Assembly (NCBI RefSeq): GCF_044704955.1
Contig: NC_091989.1
Location: forward strand, 46,004,001 to 46,068,000
Source: Pristiophorus japonicus
Lineage: Eukaryota
DNA: 64,000 bases
Reading direction: 5' to 3'
In this document: positions 52,453 through 64,000 of the stretch, piece by piece
How the letters are laid out: the number at the start of each line of letters is the position of its first letter
Position numbering within the stretch: the first letter of the stretch is position 1
Translations under genes and position numbers: made by a program
Notes under the pieces: model-generated
The model's database searches: none
Told to the model about the DNA's origin: nothing
The model's input: the letters and a program-made list of their open reading frames with translations, nothing else

Positions 52453-52790
52453 ATTAGGCAGTCCCTCATGTCGAGGATGACCCACACCAAAAAAAGATGA
52501 GTTCACAGGTGTTTCAATGAGGGACCTGACATTCTAGGTCCTGAACTACACCTTGAAGGGTGGAAGATGCCTGTGCATGAATTCTTTTAATGTGGGGTGG
52601 CCGTTGCACACCAGCCACCACACAGGTTTGACAAAGCAAGGCCTTGGTCCAGTGGCAAGGGTTAACCAAGACAACTGGAGACCAAGCTCTGCTGCGTCAT
52701 CCCTGGGCCTCGACCCCATTGTTGTTATATGCTGCGCCGCTCCTGGGCCACGACCCCACCGCTTCTGGGCCATGACCCCGCCGCTCCTCG
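52453..52790 (-). mobile_element. Second copy of the 34580 retroposon, inserted in the Penelope tail
   Basis: Reverse-complement similarity to 34580-34931. Confidence 0.7.
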
Positions 52791-52975
52791 ACTCCGACAC
52801 CACCGCTCCTGGGCCCATTACCACACCTTTCACTTTGCACCATCATCCCTTTTGTCACAATCTTTCCTCCCTTCCACCCTATCGCAGACCTTCCCTTTTA
52901 TTATTTCCTCCCCTTGCCTCTCCCCTTTTCGTGTCTCTGTGCTTGTTTAAAATCTGTACATCGGTAACATTTTCC

Positions 52976-53012
52976 AGATCCGACGAAAGGTCACAGATCT
53001 GAAACATTAACT
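52976..53012 (+). ncRNA. Degenerate minimal type I hammerhead ribozyme motif (other copies 49357-49390 minus, 59872-59906 minus)
   Basis: Consensus of three copies: agtt CTGATGAA aggtc nnn gacct GAAAC ntt aact. Each copy has a core mutation or truncation. Confidence 0.6.
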
Positions 53013-53807
53013 CTGTTTCTCGCTCCACAGATGCTGCCTGACCTGCTGAGTATTTCCAGCATTTTCTGCTTTTATTTCAGATTTCCAGCATCTGCAGTAT
53101 TTTGTCTTTTGTATTCAAATCTTCAAGTTACTCTTTCTATTTCATGAAATAGAATTCAATTAAGTTTTGTATCTAGGTCTTTGCAATGATTTGTCATTGA
53201 GAGTCACAATTTAGATCCTAAATAACATTTTGCAAGATACGATGGCATTGGCCGATTGTTCAAGTTCTTCTTTCAGTCAGACTCAAGCAGAGAAACCTTT
53301 ACCCAATGCCAAACATGTTTTTATTGTGACATTTATATTTCTTTGAAGCCAGATTAAATCTTTCTACAGGAGTGCAGAAGTAAAGTTTTAATTTTGCTTA
53401 TCTTCTGAATGGATAGAAACTGTCCCTGTCCAAATAAATTCACCCCATCAATTCCCGATTCCTTGCCATCATATCTACATTCAGTAGTTGGCACAATCAC
53501 TGTGGTAATATCCATGCTCTTGCCCATTAAACAGCAATGTTAATTCTTAATTCATGGTCTGTAAAATGGCTGCATTTATTGATGTGTGTTTATGGTGAGC
53601 TACAAAGTTGTGTTCTCTCTCCCCAACACAAGATTTTCCAATTCTGGCAATCATGCAATCCATTACGTCGAACACATCAGTAGTCTGCAACACTGCACAG
53701 ATTCAAGGTGAATTATATTTCTTTATATCACATCACAATGTATCTCGTATGCAACTGTAAGTATTTGTGACATTCTGTAGACTTTGCCCCAGACTGTGAC
53801 AAACTAT

Positions 53808-54814
53808 GAGCTCAATTTTCCCCAGTGATTTGCGCCGTTTTTTTGGAGCAAGCTGCTTTTTTTGGCCTAAGTTAAAAAAACTGTTTCCCGATCAATTTGC
53901 ACCAGTGTAACACAGTTACAATTTTTTTAGGCAAGTTTTTTTTCAGCCATAGGGGGCGTAACCTGCCACGCGTGCCATTTCTGCCCATTGAGGGAAGTTT
54001 GGCCAGCTACTCCAGTTCTGCTTAGGCCAGTGTATGTGGCCTCTGCAAAAAAACCCTTCCAGAGAGTTAAGGAAATCAGTGCAGGTAAGTGCAGCAGATG
54101 CCCGGACAGCAGCAGCAGGAGAGATAAGAGAGAGGTGGGGGGGAGAGTGGGGGGGGGGGGGGGGGAGGTGGGGTAGGGGAGGGAAGCCTTTCGGGTATAG
54201 TTAGGTGTGGGGACCGGGAGGGAGGAGCCCATTCAGCCTGGGATAGGGGCGGGGAAGCAAAACCACGAGGCCCTTCCTCCTGGGATAGAGACGGGGGAAC
54301 GGGACTGGCAAGGCACCCGGGGCTAGGGGCGGGTGGGGGAGCGGACCGGGAGGCCACTTGGGGCTAGGGGTGGGAGAGCGGGACCGGCAAGGCTTCGGGT
54401 CTAGGGGCGGGAGGCCACTCGGCCAGGGCTAGGGACGGGGAGCAAAACCAGGAGACCCTTCCGCCTGGGATAGGGATGGGGATCGGCACCGGCATCGGGG
54501 GGGGGGGGGGGCGGGGGGGTCACTTTAATAATTGGAAGTAAGTTGCTGCAATGTATTTTAATGTGTTGTGAGCTGGCTGTATGTTTCACTTTGCAGCCTC
54601 AGCCCGTATTGTGTCCCTGGTTACTGTGGCAACCTGATCTTTTTGGAGCAGATCAAGGTTCCACCCCCAAAACTAAAGGACAGGTTAGGCTGTGCCAAAA
54701 TGAAGAAATCAAATGGGGAAATTTGGAACTTTTTTTGGGATGTACTTGGGCCCCAATAAAACGGACGTAACTCTTCAAGTACACCAAAAAAAAGCTTTGT
54801 GGAAAATTGAGCTC
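53808..54814. mobile_element. MITE with a G-rich repeat interior
   Basis: Perfect 14-bp TIR GAGCTCAATTTTCC with AT on both flanks; arm similar to the 5550 element. Confidence 0.88.
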
Positions 54815-56598
54815 ATGGTTGTAGAAATATACACGAACGACATAAATGCTAGAAAATAATTAAACCAGTTAACTGCTTTAAAAACGAATGTAATTCATTG
54901 TAAATGGATATGCATGTTTTATATTTGTTGTGTGTCACATCTTACTGTGCATGATTGAATTGTGAAATGTAATGAAAATGTGTCTCAAACAAACAGTGGA
55001 TGAAGGATTTCTCTGGTTGCTATTTATAGTAACAATGTAAATACATTCCAAAAGAAGTCATGTACAATAGTGCGACACACAGTGAGCAGGGCCCCACCCC
55101 GCCCCCTCCAGCCCCGCCCCTCACCACTTCCCCTAGAATAGAGGGGAAGAGGAATAAGGTCTGTGAGTGGCGGAAAAGAGGAGTTTGTCCCCTCCTTCCA
55201 GGACGAGTCTGGAATTAGTATAAAGACAGCCAGCCGCAGAAGGGACTGACGATGCTGCTTGATCAAGTATTGGCGAGGAGGCCTGGTCATGTGCCAAGTG
55301 CACTCCAGCATACAGTCCTTGGATTTGAGGTTGCAAATTGGCTGCTGTATTAGTGTCAATGGTGGGGTTGGGAAAAGGCCGTCAGCAGCAGAGGCAATGA
55401 AACCGTTTAGCAGCTTGTTAAAGGTGTTGACGTGATGACAGGTGGCAGGTGAAAGGAGGGTTTCGAGATGGTGCTTTTCATAAAAAATAAAATTGATTTG
55501 AGCAATTCATCAAGAATCCCATAATTTGAGCACTGGGAATGTAAATTTAAAAGCATAGACACTTTTTACTTAAATTTAAATTCTACACAAGGCTGTAAGA
55601 ATATCATTACAGGTTGGATCACCATCAGTGCCACCCAATGATCAGCTGACGTATAGCACCATCGATTTCTTATGTAGTGCCCACTCTGCCCACACACACA
55701 ATTCTGTTAATGCAGTACAGTACTCCTTTGTTAATAGTTGACAATCTCGCCTGCCCAAAGATGGCAACTTAAAATCTGCCAATAGATTTTGATGCACTTC
55801 CTCTCTCTCCCCCCACCCCCAATTTTTGCAGGGACAGATGGGTGACGTAATGCGGTTGGGAGATGAGAAGGCGCATCGGATGGCAAGAGAGAAAAGGAAA
55901 TGAAATGTCAGAGGCGTTGTGGCCTAAGCTTGGTGCCAGACTGTGGGCATCAGGAGAGGAGTTTATATACAGACTGGAGGAGGAGGCAAAAAAAAGGTGG
56001 CAGGAGTTGAGAAATCACTGGGTGCAAAGGCCACGTGAGGAGGGCAGATAAGATATTATGGAGAATGCTACCAGGGAGTTTGGGAGGGCAGTTGAAAATG
56101 ACGATCTCGAAGGAGTAAAAAAGTATTTTTAAATTCACCAAGTGCTGAAACAGAGAAAAGGACAATGTATTCACTCCCTAAAAAACAAACATCTTATCAT
56201 AGGTTACATTCTTCAAAGTAAAAAATAATAACTATTATTAACAATTTTTCTCAATTGTTTCTATTTCTTATAGCAGCATGACTGAACACACTTATGTTTC
56301 AACACAAACAGCTGTTTCCCTTTCATCCATGTACTGCAGTAAATTGTGCACTAAACAACAAATATTTCGTTATTAACCACAATGCCCCAGTAAATCAGAG
56401 ACATAGATTAACCATTAAAATGAATTCCCACAGTCACTGCCTTAATAACATCTGCAGTGCCAATAGCTTTAATTTCATTAGTTTCAGGTGATGCCAAATC
56501 TAATATATCATAGTATAATTTTCTGACACTGTGCTTTAATCCTCTAAGTCCATTTCAGTTTTATTCTGAACTTTTCATTCCAAATTCTAAAATTTATT

Positions 56599-57042
56599 GG
56601 CCCTGAATTCACAGTCAGCAGGGAAGCGAAGTTTCTTAACATTATTAATTTTTATTAAAATGGACAGATTTCACACTGCACAAAATTAAAATTAGTCATC
56701 CAGGCCCTCAGCATTTGTGTAGCAGTCAATATGCTGTTAAAACCCCAGTTACACCTAATCCCTTTGGGCCTAACTTTTAGTGGAGAATTTAACAGCGTAA
56801 TTACTGCGGAAGAGCCGTCTTTTTCATTAGTTTCAATGATTTACGATATTTCACTGATTGCCGGCTCTGTGGGGGGGGGTACAAAGGAAGCCAGTTTCGG
56901 AGCCGTCATCGACAGATTGCAACTTCGGGATCTCCGCCTGCACTTGCGCATACGACAAATCACAAAGTTGCGGTCAATTTAAAAGGCGGTATGACGCCGT
57001 ATTCTGAGAGTACACCGTCATACCAACTGCAAAGTCAGGCCT
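56599..57042. mobile_element. Degenerate MITE
   Basis: GGCCCTGAATT / AAGTCAGGCC termini. Confidence 0.55.
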
Positions 57043-57225
57043 CTTGTTTCTAGAAATTGGAAAAACTATCACCGATTGCTCGTGGGTTATCCATCAGACT
57101 GCATTCAGAAAGTTTCCAACACTATCTTGGTTTGTTTTCATAATTCTCCGGTGGTAACTATAATGAACATAATTGCTGTGAAGTAGGATAAGTCAACAAA
57201 TTCTTGATGCAATTCAATCACAATG

Positions 57226-57836
57226 TGACCGATTTTGATCAAAGCCACCCCCCGCCCAAGTGCCGCCCAAAGTGCTGCCGATGGCCACTGAGGTACTTTG
57301 GGTGGAATATTCATTGCCGAGGTCCCTCGAAGGTCGGCAGGCGGCAAATGGATGAAGCATGCCGCCAATCTGGATGCCAGCAGGTGGGAGGTCTCATTCT
57401 CGGCGGCAAAGGCGCTTGCCGCCCAAGTGCCGCCGAGGATGGAGTCGGGCCCACGGAGGGTCGAACAGCTGAAAAAAATTCATCAGTAAAAAATCTTAAA
57501 ACTATCAGGACCCCATCCAGGTAAGTCGCTGTGGAAAAAAATGTATAAAATGTTCACTCACCTTTTTTTCAGGTTCTTCACACTTACAATCGGGGACAGA
57601 CCAGCCTCTTCACGACGGTCCAGCCCCGTTCTGGCACCGACCCCCGCCCTCATGAATATGGGAGCTCAGCGGGCGGGAGGTCATTTGCACCACTCGACCG
57701 TCCGCTGACATCAGCGGGCGGTTCCTGGCAGCTCTCCCCTCCTGCCCGCTCCAGCCCACCTCGAAAGTGGCACTGGGCGGATCTTCCAGACGAATGTCGG
57801 TGACAGTGGGCGGTGAGTTGATGAATTTTGGCTGCA
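57226..57836. mobile_element. Degenerate CpG-rich MITE
   Basis: Weak TIRs, GC-rich arms and a short AT-rich spacer, as in the other MITEs. Confidence 0.5.
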
Positions 57837-59804
57837 AAATGTCAGACTGTGAACACAGGTAAGTGGTTCATAATGAAATCCATTCTCTGCCTTTAAACGT
57901 GACAACACACAGACACAGCTAAAGGTCTTTCCGGTATTTAGAACAAGGATGGACATGTGCCTCTCATCCGCCAGTGGTTACACCTGTGTGACTACACATT
58001 AACATCCTCAGCCTAAAAGTTACCAATATTAACAGTCAATAGTTAACTTTTAACAGAGGTGTTTACTTATTTGTTTTAAATGGGTTAATGCTTCTGCTAA
58101 AACATCAACCCGTTCAATCGCTAATATTATATGTTCTAGGGTTTTCTACTTTCATATCAGCAAGTAAGAAAACACATACCAATCATTCCTACACTCTAAA
58201 CTCTGTTCCTGACCCCTCTAGAGTGCAGGCACAAGTTGGTTGCTTGCTGCAGGAAGGAGACTGGAAATATAATGTGAATGGCAAACTGTCAGCCTTCTGG
58301 CCGTCCCCTGAAGTGCTGGAAGACAGCAGATCAGTCCCCTTTGTAAGAGAGCCAATCAGAGCAGGCAAATGAAGAATTTCCAGGGTTTTCCAGGTCAGGA
58401 CCCAATCGGTCCATTTCCAACTCTTACCCAACCGGAACGCTGACTTCATTATGGCATCCAGGTTGAAGGGGGTTGGGAGGCAGGGGCTAGAAATGACCAG
58501 CATGAGGAATCCCTCCCCTCGACCCTATTCACTCCGAAGTCATGTGCCATGTTTGGAGCAGACAGAGATTTCACCTGCTCCAGATCCAATCAGAAATTGT
58601 TTGCCTACCAGCATTGTGGAAAACAATTGGCGTTTCTGGATCCTGCAAGAATTTCCATTTCCATTAGGATTCCTGCACCGAACTTGTACCTGAGATCCCT
58701 GTTACGCCTAAGAATTTTCAGTGACACCTAAAAATGACAAACTTAAAATCGTAAACTAATTTGCATCTCTCATTTTTCACCATTTTACCCTTTCGTTCTT
58801 GCTTTTGTGATCTCAGTCAGTTACACATAGAAATTCATGAATAACAAAAATTCAACTGCCCCAACCAAGCAATGCAAAATTTCAAATCCAAATATTCACT
58901 TGTTGTCACACCCCTGCAGGGCTAAAGAGGTTGTAAGTAGGAAGCTCAGTTGCTAATACACAATAGATGGACTGCTGCTGTTTTATAGAGCTTTGCACAT
59001 GGTTGACTGCACAGAAACAAAAAGGATTCTCAATAGCTCATCATTTAAGAAGATTGAACCAGTTTTAAAATTCAGAGACTACTTCTAAAAGCTAACCATC
59101 TTAAGTCTGGAGATATATACGGCAATTTTATGTGATAGTATTATATCATCTCTAATGAGACCCATTCTTGTACAGAATTGAACAGAAAGGGTTTTTTTTG
59201 CACATTTTTAAAATCATAAATGTTTTATTCTTAAACATGCAAAATTCTGCTGCAGCTGTAAGTGATATCAATGGTAAAATACAGAATTCATAGAAACAAG
59301 TCTGAATATCAATATAAACATTCTCCTATCTGACTCTACTCCATCTCTTCTAACTTAAAACCTGCCCATCCTTTGAGAGATTGTAACCTAATAGGCTTTT
59401 TTAGACAATTTCCTATCTCTGCAATGAGGTGTTTTGACCCTCCATTTGAGCTTGAACCTTCAATGCAATTTTGTCCATTCATGCCATGTCTAAAAAAAAG
59501 CACTCCTTCATTGTTACAAGATAGATGAGAGCCCAGTTAATCTAAATAACAATCCAGCATTTTTCCTCCTTTAAAAAAACCCCATTCCTAAAAGCCAAAT
59601 TTCCCCAAATAACCAGTGAACGATCCAGCACCCAACCTCGTACACAGCCTGCAGGAATTTACTCATCAGCAATGGGACAGATGTCTATGGTGGACTTATA
59701 CAGCACAGCTTCCAGTGTGTTAGCCAACTTGATGTTCTAGATGCTATGCACCAAATGCTTCTGTCCGTTCTCATAGTAAGGGAACAAATGTGGATTAGAA
59801 ATCT

Positions 59805-59906
59805 TAAATAAAAACAAAAAATGCTGGAAATACTCAGCAGGTCAGACAGCATCTGTGGAGATAGAAACAAAGTTATTGTTTTAGGTTGATGACCTTTCAT
59901 CAGAAA
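59805..59906 (-). mobile_element. Penelope-tail-derived short repeat
   Basis: Reverse complement of 52976-53080. Confidence 0.8.
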
Positions 59907-60268
59907 TCCCAAAAGTTAGGGGGGGGTGGGTGGGGGGAAGAATGAGGGCAATCAGATAGCAGAATATTTATATTGAGATTACAATTTCTGCTCAAAATGT
60001 TTCTTGGGTTTACCAAATGGTTGATGTCACAGAGAGCTGCTGCTGGATTTAATATTGAGGGCTTTGTCCTGCCATAAAGTTGACTCCAGTAGGGGGCCAT
60101 GTGTTTTGAATGCTAATTTATATAGTCAGGGACCAGTCGATATTTGTTGGAGTGACATCAAAGCACACAACATTCCAGAATTGTATTTCATGACTAGAGT
60201 AACATGAATCTTATTTATGATTTCCCAGGATTACTGCTTCTTTATGCTGAATTGTCAGCTGTCTTGTC

Positions 60269-63252
60269 TGTGGTGCATGTAGGCACCTTTAGTAATGACT
60301 CCATGAGGCAGGGTATGGTACTTAAACTGTGCAGACCTGCAGTCCTTTATTAGCAGCTCCTGAGTGACGACAACAAGCTGTGTGTTCCTTTTTATACTGG
60401 GTTACCTGCCGTGTGCAGGCAACCCCTGGGTCTCCAGCAACAGCACCCTCTAGTGTACCGGTAAGGTGTGTACAGTACAAGGGTACATTCAATGTGGCAT
60501 GACAGTGTTACAGACATCACACAGTGAACAGGCATGCCTACACAACAATACTCCCCCTGAGCATTTTTCATATCCTAGTTGTCATGACCAGGGGAGTTGA
60601 TCAGTGGTGGGCTATTGGAGGTTGTGGTGAGGGTTGTGTGGTTGCCAGGTGTGACCCCTGTGCTTGAGGCTGGCCTTGTACGTTTCCCCTCCCTCACACA
60701 CAAACCAAGTGGGTGTCACTGTTGTGGGATCCCTCGGGGAGGTAGCCACGGCAGCAGTGGGTGGTGTGTATACACTGTGATGTGGGTAGTTGTGGGGTGG
60801 TGGGCAGGGCCACAAGACTGGGTGGGCTCCTTGTCCACCAATGGGGATGAGGGTCAGGTCATCCCAGGGTTTGCCAGGGAAACTGCAGGGTATTGGCCTC
60901 ATGTTTCTGGTGTTGGCCCTGGTGGCCAGAGGCTGTAGGGCTGGTCTGGTGCAGGTTGCCATTGGTGGTGGCTAGGCTGTCCCTGTAGTGGGTCTGCTCC
61001 CACTGCCTGTGTGTGTGTCCTGCAAGGGGCATCACATTCGTTCCACAGGTCCAGGCTACATGGTCAGGTAGCCTGCTGGAACTGGGGGTCTTGCACAGGG
61101 GGATTCCATTGGCATTAGCATGGTCCCTGTAGGACCCAATGTCCTTTGGCAGTGTCCTACCGGTATACATGACACCTTGGCTCTGATCACACATAGTCGA
61201 GCTTGCATTATACATTCTAGCACTTGCATCACTTTTGGGTGTCCTGGTTTCAACAGACATGGTTACATTAGGCATTTAACAATCTCTATCATTATTGTTA
61301 AGCATAATAAACTTGTTCTTAAACTTACTGACACCTGCATTAATTTCATTAGTCACATTAGTTAAACCAGCATTACAATTCATGGTTACATTGCATACAT
61401 TTTCATACTTGCATCCTTTAATTGCATCTTTAGCTTTAAAACTGTGTACTCAAATAGTTGGAACTTCCCCTTTAAATTTTTTTTGTTACCTGTCTCCTTT
61501 AAGGGAGCATTCAAATTCGATTTGTCGCTCGATGTCACATGATGCTCCTCCATGTTGACTCGTGGCATGGAGGAGGCCATTTTGTGGTGCTCTTTTCTTC
61601 CACATGCTTGTGGTGCTGCAGCCATTTTGTGGTCTTATTGCAGGCAGGCTGTGGTGCTCTTTTCTTCCACATGCTTGTGGTACTGCAGCTAATTTGTGGT
61701 CTTGCTGCAGGCAGGCTGTGGTGCTCTTTTCTTCCACAGCACCACTTCACCTGATGTGGACCCGGTTCATCCAATTCCTGCCCAGCAGCGTAGGACCGTC
61801 GTCGGCTACAATCCACAGGGGGAGTTTGTGCAACATGCCACCCTGGGAGCCCTGGACGTCCATACTGTCAACGATTTGGATTTTACCTTTGGTATAGATG
61901 AGCAGCTTTGCCTGGACAGGAGATAGTTTTGGTTGAGTGGCAGGATTCCTCCAAATTTTTTCAAAGGTCTTTTGGCTCATCACAGACTGGCTCGCCCCTG
62001 TGTCGACCTCCATGGAGACTGGGACCCCGTCGGTCCACTTCCATCATCCACGGAGAACTTCCGGTGGAGCATGTAAAGATCCCATACTCTTCTCCCAGGG
62101 TTTGAGCAGCTTCATCTGTGTCGGAGCCCCAGGGATTAGCCAACTCATCAGAGACACAGTGAGTGTAGCCTTTTCTGCACATTCTCTGAAGGTGCCCTTT
62201 TTCCTTGCAGCCTTTGCATGCATTGTCTTTGTAGCGGCACTGGTGGACCCTGTGGTTTCCTCCACAGCGCCAGCACGGGGCCATCCGGTTTGCCCCATGT
62301 GGTGGACTCAGGGTTGCAGGACTCGGGGCAGCATTTCTGCCTTTAGAAGTGTCCATGCGGTGCACTGCGCTCGCCGGTTTAGAGTCCTGGTCAGTATTCA
62401 TGTGGAGTCGCTAGCCGAAACCATGTAGGCTTGGCTCACTTGAATTGCTTTCTGCAGGGTGACCGTTGATGTCAGCCAAGAGCAATTTGTGTAGGAGGCC
62501 TTTGTGGACGATTCCGATGACAAATATGTCCCTTAGTGCTTCATTAAGGTGGTCGCCAAACTCACACGGTGCAGCTAGTCTTCTTAAGTGTGCAGCATAC
62601 TTGGCAATTTCTTGGCCCTCAGGTCGCCGGTAAGTGTAGAACCGGTGCCTGGCTGTGAGGATGCTTTCTTTCGGTTTTAGTTGTTCCTGTATGATTGTTA
62701 CAAGTTGCTCATAGCTCTTGGTGGTTGTCTTCTCCAGGGCTAGTAAGTCCCTGATGAGACCGTAGATGGTGGGCCCACAACTGCTAAGCAGGATGGCCCT
62801 GCGTTTGTTCGGTAGTGTGGCCGGTGTGTCCCCGTCCAGGTTGTTGGCTATAAAGAAGTGTTCCAATCTTTCCACAAAAGCGTCCCAATCCTCCCTCTCC
62901 GTAAATTGCTGAAAGTTGCTGAAGTTAGATATGTTGAGCGTGTAAGTTCGTGATCCCGTATTCCCATCAGCAGTTGTGGTGCATGTAGGCACCTTTAGTA
63001 ATGACTCCACGAGGCAGAGTATGGTACTTAAACTGTGCAGACCTGCAGTCCTTTATTAGCAGCTCCTGAGCGACGACAACAAGCTGTGTATTCCTTTTTA
63101 TACTGGGTTACCTGCCGTGTGCAGGCAACCCCTGGGTCTCCAGCAACAGCACCCTCTAGTGTACCAGTAAGGTGTGTACAGTACAAGGGTACATTCAATG
63201 TTGCGTGCAGTGTTACAGACATCACACAGTGAACAGACATGCCTAAACAACA
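60269..63252 (-). mobile_element. Non-autonomous Gypsy LTR element (gag and protease only)
   Basis: LTRs 60269-60547 and 62975-63252 (about 9 substitutions and 1 indel), TSD TTGTC, PPT, gag EDWDAFVERLEHFF, CWRCGGNH/CKGCKEKGH, protease VDTGA. No RT, RNase H or integrase. Confidence 0.93.
61576..61740. repeat. About 67-bp tandem repeat inside the Gypsy derivative
   Basis: tgtggtgctcttttcttccac occurs three times at regular spacing. Confidence 0.85.
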
Positions 63253-63607
63253 TTGTCAATATTATATGATCTGTAATTTCAAAGTTGGCTGCTAAAATCA
63301 ATCCAACCAAGAAAATCAAAAGAAATACGTTATGTAAACATTAACACTCTTCCACAATGGTCGGCCCACTGGACCCACAGCTGATGAACGGGAAGATGTT
63401 AGAAATGAACCGCTTTTAAGTAAGTACAGAGCCAGGGCAAAGGGGGCAGGGAAAGAACAACATATAGCGTAGATTTGATTCAATAACAAAAGTGATGATG
63501 GAGCAAGGAAAAATGTGGTGATAATGATAATGAATCATTGCTGGGCTGTTTTCGAATCGAAAACAACCTGAAGCTTGGGTAAATTAAGCCTCTGTGGGTA
63601 ATTTCCA

Positions 63608-63990
63608 GATATAAAATTCTGATGGGATTGGACAGGTTAGATGCAGGAAGAATGTTCCCGATGTTGGGGAAGTCCAGAACCAGAGGTCACAGTCTAAGGA
63701 TAAGAGGTAAGCCTTCTAGGACCGAGATGAGGAGAAACTTTTTCACCCAGAAAATTGTGAACCTGTGGAATTCTCTACCACAGAAAGTTGTTGAGTCCAG
63801 TTCGTTGGATATATTCAAAAGGGAGTTAGATGTGGCCTTTATGGCTAAAGGGATCAGTGGATATGGAGAGAAGGCAGGAGTGGGATACTGAAGTTGCATG
63901 ATCAGCCATGATCATATTGAATGGTGGTGCAGGCTCGAAGGACCGAATGGCCTACTCCTGCACCTATTTTCTATATTTCTATGTTTCCAT
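63608..63990 (+). mobile_element. CR1 3' end fragment
   Basis: GLDRLDAGRMFP...WNSLP...GYGEKAG with a (ttctat.t)n tail. Confidence 0.93.
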
Positions 63991-64000
63991 ACATTTAGTG

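Larger units (their letters stand above)
49357..53112 (+). mobile_element. Penelope-like element with an inverted 5' copy of its 3' end
   Basis: RT remnants FYLLPKIHK, TYIRD, LVLTLNNFSF; GIY-YIG FTCTSFNLVYCI..LYTGETK at about 52045-52120. 49357-49916 is the reverse complement of about 52011-53005. Confidence 0.88.

Noticed and set aside
55863-56051. KKRWQELR, a Myb/MADF-like motif
   Set aside because: Single short motif with no TIRs or other domain support.
59664-59737. Possible minus-strand exon NIKLANTLEAVLYKSTIDICPIAD
   Set aside because: Poor acceptor, and phase incompatible with the 23228 candidate exon.

Overview
Repeat-dense, non-genic or intronic vertebrate DNA. The repeat families point to a cartilaginous fish (shark): CR1 LINEs, SacSINE1/Deu-type SINEs and Penelope tails. 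This host assignment is an inference. No host gene can be called with confidence; there are only two weak candidate exons. The highlight is a defective endogenous retrovirus on the minus strand (15932-22110). It has TG..CA LTRs, a 5-bp TSD, a tRNA-Ser PBS, a PPT, and tether, RNase H and integrase remnants. Its env looks like a paramyxo/pneumovirus-type class I fusion (F) protein rather than a classical retroviral Env, i.e. a lokiretrovirus-like element, and a small single-pass membrane ORF sits between pol and env. The window also holds three Gypsy LTR elements (one near full length with a nested CR1 and MITE, two deletion derivatives), many CR1 fragments, about ten GC-rich PIF/Harbinger-type MITEs, a Harbinger transposase/Myb relic, a Penelope-like element with an inverted 5' copy and hammerhead-ribozyme motifs, a Tc1/pogo MITE, G-rich minisatellites and one assembly gap. 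All alignments and counts were done by eye; no database search was run.
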